64,000 nt of DNA from Eledone cirrhosa. Lineage: Eukaryota. Location of the stretch: the NCBI GenBank assembly GCA_964016885.1, contig OZ024747.1, forward strand, positions 46,128,001 through 46,192,000, read 5' to 3'. A program made the position numbers and the translations under genes. Below the pieces are notes generated by a model. It was not told the DNA's origin and ran no database searches. It saw only the letters and a list, made by a program, of their open reading frames with translations. Positions 56,542 through 64,000 of this stretch are shown one piece after another (positions within the stretch are counted from its first letter, which is position 1; each line of letters begins with the position of its first letter).

Positions 56542-56714
56542 ACAGAGGCTTATAGGATGTAGAGATGTAAATCTGCTTACCTTTGAAAATATAGTAAATT
56601 TATTTTTAGACGGTAAACATCTGGCTACATATATGAATACATTCAGTCCGGTGATGTTATCATTATCCATTAATCCACCAAAATATTAATCGTACTCAAA
56701 AATATATGAATCAT

Positions 56715-57214
56715 CACCGGTGATGACTCGCCCCAGCAAAGTTTGCTTTGGATTCAAGACGCTGGAAGATGTTCTGACACACCTGCATGTACCGCTCCTG
56801 CTGGTCATCGTTTACTATCTTCTATATGTCCAAATCTTCGGTGATAATCTTCCAAACGCTGTTACAGTTCATGCCCAGTTCACTTGTGATCAGTCGAACA
56901 CTCAGCCGTCGATTGCCACGCATCACCTGCCTCACGCGCTCAACGTTGGCCTCGGTCCTCCTCATTGAAGGCCTTTCACTCCTGAGGTTTTCTTCCAAGC
57001 CCATGCATCCCTCTTTGAACATTTTGTACCACTCGAAAACTCATGGGTGGTTATGTGTCCATGGCCCGACTGCCTAAAATTGAGCAACAGAAAAAACACA
57101 ATGGTTGCAGAGAAATGGATCCAGTTATATACTCCTCGGAGAGCAACCCGTTAATCCGCGCCCTACTCATAGCTCACCTGCACACTAAGTCCTGTTATTT
57201 TTCTGACACACCAC
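56715..57214 (-). mobile_element. mariner remnant (5' TIR + N-terminal HTH region)
   Basis: FKEG..LEENLRSERPS..NVERVRQVMRGNRRLSVRLITSELG; terminus ta|CGTGGTGTGTCAGAAAAATAACAGGACT. Confidence 0.85.
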
Positions 57215-57215
57215 G

Positions 57216-57247
<32 letters not shown>

Positions 57248-57329
57248 CGTGTGTGCGTGTGTGCACGCGCGCGTGCCTGCGTGTGTGACTGTGTGTGTAT
57301 GTGTGTGCATAATATATAGATATATACTT

Positions 57330-58218
57330 TATAAACAACAGTCAAAGAGTGTTTAGAACATTTAATCACTTACGATCGTTTCATCTTAACAAGAAGGCCG
57401 GTTTCATCGGAGTATATAATAAAGGTTGAAACACAAATATAATATCAGAAGTTTGTCATAAGAACATTAGGAGGATACATAATATGGGAAATAAGCATAA
57501 GTATCAATATTTATATAAGAAAAGACAGCAAAGGTAGAAGAAGCCTATGAAAACATGAGCATATAAATGCAATGAAATAAAATTAGGAGCAGCTAAAATC
57601 ATTATAAATGTTTAACATTTAAACATTTTTTTAAAACATTCTGCTATAGAAAGGTTAAGTATAGTGCAAGACATATCATTATTAGTAAATAAACGTATAT
57701 TATAAGCATTACAAATGTTTATAAAGTTAATAAGATCAGGTATGCAATTCAAATATAAATTTAAAAATATAAAAAATACATCTCCAAAAGATATTTTTAA
57801 TAATGGATATAAAACGATTGACTGCGTCATTGAGTCATAAAGATAAACTATTATTTTTCAAACCATGCTTTTAGCTGCTCCTGATTTGATTTTATTGCAT
57901 ATTTTTCATATTCTTCTTTTGCCTTTGCTATCTTTTCTTATATAAATATTCATTCTTATGCTTACTTCCCATATTTTGTATCCTCCTAATGTTCTTGTGA
58001 CAAACTTCTGATATTATATTTGTGTTTCAAAATTTATTATATACTCCGATGGATCTGCCCTTGTGTTAGGATGAAACGATCGTAAGTAATTAAATGCTCT
58101 GAACACTCTTTGATTGTTGTTTATAGATTTATAGAGTATTTCGGCTTAGTACTGGTTATCTTACATTGAGCTATTCTCATACTTGTAATTGGATAATATT
58201 TAATATTGCCCACATTAT
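57330..58218. mobile_element. Large fold-back pLTR-like element
   Basis: Diverged ~265-bp arms at 57330-57598 and 57868-58125, a 270-bp spacer and a ~90-bp tail. Confidence 0.85.
57368..57413 (-). ncRNA. Hammerhead-like ribozyme, U4C variant (mirror copy at 58042-58088 +)
   Basis: Minus strand: act CCGATGA aaccggccttcttgttaagat GAAA cgatcg TA agt; stem II is decayed. Confidence 0.6.
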
Positions 58219-58250
58219 ATATATAAATGAATATATATATATATATATAA

Positions 58251-59137
58251 ATTTTAGTACAGCATTAACGAAGCCTTAGTTCGCAGCCAAGCTAACGAAT
58301 GCAAATTCGATATGTAGCTTTAGCACTCGGATGGGGAAAAGTACCCCAGAGTAATAATACGTTTAGACAGCTTAGCAAATCAAATATAGCGATCGGCAGT
58401 CCAGCCGCATCACCAGAGCAGCGAAAATACAGGACTCAGGAAAAGATTTTAGACTGACCTGGACAAAACGGTGAGACTGAATGCAGAATATATAATGCAT
58501 ATCGTATAGCACACGATATACATCACATACAGCACACAACATCAGCGCTAGGTTTCTGCAAATCCAAGATCGACAAATTCCGCTTGCAGGAGTCTGCAAG
58601 TTAATGGTTTTTGACGACAGAACAAAGGATTTCCTTCTTCAGCAAGTCTTGTGTTCTTTGGCCTCTGCGGGTATGCTCTAGCATTAAATTTCGCTATAGA
58701 CACGTGGTTTTCTCCAAGGGAGGTAACCCCCGCTTTGGCGGTGAATTCCAATTTGAGACAAAGGAATGAATTCCTTTAGACAAACCGAATTAAGCACTCA
58801 ACCAGAAGTTATCAAACAAACATAAACAATTAATCAATCAATAGAATCCTCTAATTAAATTAATCAGTTAATCGTTAATTCTAGGAGTAAAATACACATT
58901 TTAGTACAGCATTAACGAAGCTTTAGTTCGCAGCCAAGCTAACGAATGCAAATTCGGTATGTAGCTTTAGCACTCGGATGGGGAAAAGTACCCCAGAGTA
59001 ATAAAAATACGTTTAGACAGCTTAGCAAATCAAATATAGCGATCGGCAGTCCAGCCGCATCACCAGAGCAACGAAAATACAGGACCCAGGGAAAGATGTT
59101 AGACTGACCTCGACAAAACGGTGAGACTGAATGCAAA

Positions 59138-59140
<3 letters not shown>
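58251..59140. mobile_element. Non-coding element with ~240-bp direct terminal repeats and a ~400-bp internal region
   Basis: 58251-58492 matches 58898-59140; (TA)n on both sides; a diverged solo copy at 59178-59362. Confidence 0.8.
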
Positions 59141-59181
<41 letters not shown>

Positions 59182-59697
59182 TTTAGTATAGCATAGACGA
59201 AGCTCTAGTATACGGCCAAGCTAGCGTGTATGCTTATTCGGTTTGTAGCTTTAGCACTCAGATGAGATAAGACCCCAGAGTAATAACATTATGTTCAGAC
59301 AGCTTAGCAAATCAGATATAGCAGTCGGCAGTCCGACCGCATTACCAGAGCAACGAAAATACATATATATATATATTAGGTTATGCAAGAAATGCTTAGG
59401 ATTATCCTGAATGCAGTAATGGTTAATTACTACACTAGATAGAGTCGACGTACAGTGAGGGTTTACTCAACGAGTTACAAAAGAACAGTTAAAGAAACTC
59501 GGATTCCGATTCTTCTATATTCCGGAGTGTAGTTAAAGAATGATTAATAAAACAGGTAGACATCATAAAAAGGTAATTTATTCCGAGTGTTTACAAATGT
59601 TTCTTTAGTAGTTACACAGCCTAGTCATGCTATATGCAAATGGCGAATGGCTATATTGTAATTTCTTTGTATTTCTTAAAGGGAGTAATTAGAGAAG

Positions 59698-59767
<70 letters not shown>

Positions 59768-59942
59768 ACACACGCATAAATGCGTATATAATGCACACAC
59801 ACATACCTACAGGTAAATACACATATGTTCACCAAACGTACATATACCAAAACCCTATGTATACATATACACACCATACATACGTGCAAACACCTCGATG
59901 CTCTTGGGGAGCAGATTATCAATAATATTAATATATAAGGGA

Positions 59943-60161
59943 ACAAAGAATCAGTGTTGTATCATATACATATTTAATTATATATTACATATGTTTCACT
60001 GTCGATCAGCTCGAGGAACGATCTATTAATGATCGAACCTGACTCTGTAATCGGAAGCTCCTTAGATATGTTTTAACATGTAGACTCTCAGACGCGAGAC
60101 TACAGTGAAACATGTAATATATAACTAAATATGTATATGAGACAACACTGATTCTTTGTTG

Positions 60162-60165
<4 letters not shown>
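59943..60165. mobile_element. Fold-back element with HHR 3' halves
   Basis: Arms at 59943-60002 and 60102-60159; GAAA-catatg-TA (minus) and GAAA-catg-TA (plus); the inner hairpin is related to 34295-34350. Confidence 0.75.
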
Positions 60166-60217
<52 letters not shown>

Positions 60218-60219
<2 letters not shown>

Positions 60220-60360
60220 TTTGGGTTTGGGTTTGGGTTTGGGTTTGGATTCGGGTTTGGGTTTGGATTCGGGTTCGGATTCGGATTCGGATTCGGATTC
60301 GGATTAGGATTCGGGTTCGGATTCGGGTTCGGATTCGGGTTCGGATTCGGATTCGGATTC
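60218..60360. repeat. Hexamer array (GGTTTG)n grading to (GGATTC/GGGTTC)n
   Basis: Direct reading of the sequence. Confidence 0.95.
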
Positions 60361-60438
60361 CATCACTGATGAAAGACTATAACTTTATTCATATGTAACC
60401 CATTAGCAACCACGCAGCACGTTTATTCTCATATTTAC

Positions 60439-60536
<98 letters not shown>

Positions 60537-61939
60537 CACAGATGCATATATGTACGTATGTATGAATCCGTAATACTTGACGGAGTCGTAGAGAAGCAAT
60601 AGTGGCAAGGGATCGGCTCCAACAGGTTTAAAATATCCAAGACATTTTAAACCTGGCAGAGTCCATCCCTTTTCTAGATCTGGGCACTGGCGATTTCGTC
60701 TAGAAAAGGGGAGAAGGAATATGACAGAGGTAGTGAGAGAAAAGAAGTGGGACAGAGATAATTGGACGTCAACATTGGACTGCTAATTTTCCTTATCGAT
60801 CTCGACCTAGAAAACATGAAAGGAAAAATTGATCTCGGTGGCTTTTGAACACACAGCGTTGAGAGTCAGAAAAAATATCGCAAATCATTCTATGCGATAT
60901 TCTGACAACTGCCTTTCATACATAGTATACATATGATACATATATACATATATGTCATATGTGTTTACAGTTCTCTTACAGCCAGAACTATCAATTATTT
61001 AGGTGTTGTCATTCTGTTTAGTTTATTTTCTCTTAAGTTTCTAATTATATATACATAGGTGAATGAGTTTGGTTTTAATTATTGAAGCATATATTTTGTC
61101 GCGCTGTGTTGTGTAGTTGTTATTTTTGTCTTCTTTGTTTTGGGATATTTTCCTCATAAAGTTGTCACACAGATGGACATTATGTGTTATATTTACTAGT
61201 GAATAATTAAATAAATAATTTTAACTCACAAATATTTTCACGTATATTTACTGATAAACAAAATAGACAGAAACATATTTATACAAATATACAAGTTGAT
61301 TTTCTTTCGTTATGTTCTTATATCCTTTTACAACATCACCAGTGCATCCATAATCATCATCAACATGATCATTGCAGTTTCTATCATTGTTATTGTATTC
61401 TTGTTAATATCATTATTTACTTACGGTAGAGAGTCGGATGCCATGCTTTGCAGCATAGAGTTACGGCCCTTTATGTGTTGAGTTCAAATCACGCCAAGGT
61501 TAACTTTGCCTTTTATCTTATGAGTTCGATAAAATAAAGTACCAGTCACGCACTGGGGTCGATTTAATCTACTTTCCTCTCCCCCCAAATTGCTGGCCTT
61601 GTGCCTATATAAGAAACCATTATTTACTTACGGCGGTGGATTGGCAGTATCGGTAGAGAGTTGGACAACAAGCTTTATGGCATAGAGTTACGCCCCTTTA
61701 GTACTTGACTGGTGCTTTATTCTATCGATCCCGAAGGAGAAAAGGCAAAGTTCGTCTTGTTACAATTTGAACTCAGAACGTAAATCGTCAGCGCAAATAG
61801 CGCCATAGCATTTAATCCAACGCACTACCAATTTTGACAATCCACCGTTTTTTCTTTAAAATGATTATTACATACCTATTGTTCACTTTTGACAATTGTT
61901 CTAGATTAACAAAAATGTTCATGATTAAAAATGCCCTGA

Positions 61940-62272
61940 TAATTCTAACTGGATACGCTACCGATATTTACAGGATTCCCTATATTTATAGGTTGACCTA
62001 CAAATAGTTACGGGCTACCCTACCAATATTTACTTGGGGGTTTAGAGAAGACCCTAGAAATATTTACTGGGGGTTCTAACAATATTCCGATAATAACCTG
62101 ATATGACTGGGCACCCTAACAGTATTTATTCAAATCCCTAAAAATATTTACTCGAATCTCAAACAATATTTACAGAAAGCCTTATCAATATTTAGAGAAT
62201 AACCTAAAGATGTCCTAACAATATATACAGGGTACCCTAACAATATTTACAAGATGTCCTAGCAATATTTGC
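61940..62272. repeat. Degenerate ~21-22-bp minisatellite (ACCCTAACAATATTTACAGGGT-like)
   Basis: The motif ccta..aatattta recurs about 14 times. Confidence 0.75.
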
Positions 62273-63681
62273 ATCAGAATCTCTTTATTCATCTTGCAAG
62301 CTGTAGTACCCGTTTCTGATTTGAGAAAACCATCTCCTGCATATTCTTTCAGTCACTACCCCATCTCCACAAGTTGTTTTGGTGGGATTATGCTACTGCC
62401 CTTACACTATTACGTTTTTGAAATTCATAAAAACAAACATGATGAATGGGTTCGTTACTGGGAGTGAACATGGCGTCTATACAACAGTTTCAATAACAAG
62501 GCATATTCTTAGCTATAATAAATGCATGTTTAAACTCTACTTCAATATTGAGTACAAATTCTATAAGTGTCTATATATATACATGGATATATAGGCACGT
62601 GTAGAAGTGTATGTGTATGTATATTTGTGTGCGTGCGTGTCTAATGTCAATAGTAAACAACCAGATGTGAATTTTACTTTCAGCAATATTTTCCTCCTTA
62701 TTTACCATTACCATCAACACCTAAAGTATGAAAGGACCTCTACTTGGTCGATCTACCTGTTAAAGCTAGTAGCCAAATTTTACTCAAATAACATCCTGTA
62801 ATATGTAAGAAAAGACATTTTGAAAAATGGAGTTATACGTATAATAGTCATGAACAATATAACGGTTTGTCCATGGTTAAGGCTTTTGATCACGTGAATG
62901 TTTGCTACCTAATGTTTGACCTGGGGCTAAACAAAAACCACTAGAAGAAACACGAAAACCACCGCCAACATAACTCCTATTCTCAGCAACACTACGTCCA
63001 TGATTACTTTCTGTGACACCACTATATGTCAACACCACCTCCACAATAGCATGCAGTCCTACTTTATTTTATTCAATTACAATGTTCAAATTTCGTGAAT
63101 TTCTGATTACTCCAGGATATATCTGTCAAAAAACGTTTTCGTTCTCTTAGGCTATATGTATAGAAAGGGCTAAAATGGTTAAAGTGGTGAAATGGTGTAA
63201 TGGTAAAAATAATATAAATGAATATTTCTGGATAAAAGTTTGCCACACAAAAATAAGAAGAAAACATCTATGAAAACCTGAAAGACACTAAGTACTACAA
63301 AAGTATAATATGTATTTGGGAAAGGCAGAAACCTCCGGGTGGTCTGATAGCTTTTAGTTTAGTCTGCATTTTATTTCTTGCTGAATGTATCCACCATGGC
63401 ATCAGCAAAGGCAAATGCATTGTCAGTGTGAATGCTATAAGGTTTGGTGGGGGACTGTTGGAATGTACAGGCAGCAACAACAACAACAGTGGTGGCAGCA
63501 ATAGCAGCAGCAGCAGCCATAAAATTGGGAAGAGAAGGAAGAAGATTGTGATGAGAGAAAAAATAGAATAAATGAGATATGTGTCTGATGTAAGCGAAAT
63601 CAAATTCTGATGGCTTGCCCTGAAAGAAAAAAAGTATTTAAAAAAAGATAAAAAGTAAAAAGTAAATATAGATAAAATGAT

Positions 63682-63712
<31 letters not shown>

Positions 63713-64000
63713 AATATATATATATATAAATGCATATATATATTATTTTGTGTTGAGAGAATTAAATGAATCAGTTCAGAGCCAAGAATTAGACTTGGTA
63801 GGGATTTCTGTTGGAAAATTTACACCTTTTACTTCATGGTTGGTCTTACTACACAGTAAATGTTTCAACGCCAACAGTTTGTCGTACATTTATCACGCCA
63901 TTTTTCCGATAATAAATAACACTGTTATCCTGCTCAACAATAGAATACTTCATATTGCGAACTATTTCATGCAAATACTGAATAGGATATGTATGACTGT

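Noticed and set aside
61940-62272. CRISPR-like periodic repeat
   Set aside because: A degenerate minisatellite without unique spacers, in eukaryotic DNA with no cas genes.
63295-63735. 146-aa minus-strand ORF as a host exon
   Set aside because: Low-complexity sequence spanning microsatellites with no recognisable domain.

Overview
This is AT-rich, microsatellite-dense animal DNA, most likely octopus (inferred from the Nin/Deu-domain tRNA-SINEs and the repeat landscape). I found no supportable host exon, and nearly all short ORFs are microsatellite artefacts. Large elements: a decayed Helitron (Rep-PIF1, minus strand, 1-5999); a near-complete Nematis-like Penelope-like element (PLE) with pseudo-LTRs (22031-26876); a 5'-truncated Neptune-like PLE with an open RT+GIY-YIG frame (30820-32478). 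Smaller elements: CR1 and RTE LINE fragments, two mariner remnants, pogo/Tigger-type MITEs and more than 20 SINEs. The main signal is that the short 'unique' islands inside (TA)n/(CA)n tracts form more than 10 distinct families of non-coding 100-900 bp elements. Most are fold-back inverted repeats with one long-tailed arm, and most carry a minimal type-I hammerhead ribozyme (HHR) fold, often with a palindromic stem III. Several families have non-canonical cores repeated in more than one copy (U3-A8, U4C, U4A, A3/A8, A13C). One family is demonstrably the pLTR of the Nematis-like PLE. All ribozyme calls are by-eye folds and none has been tested for activity.
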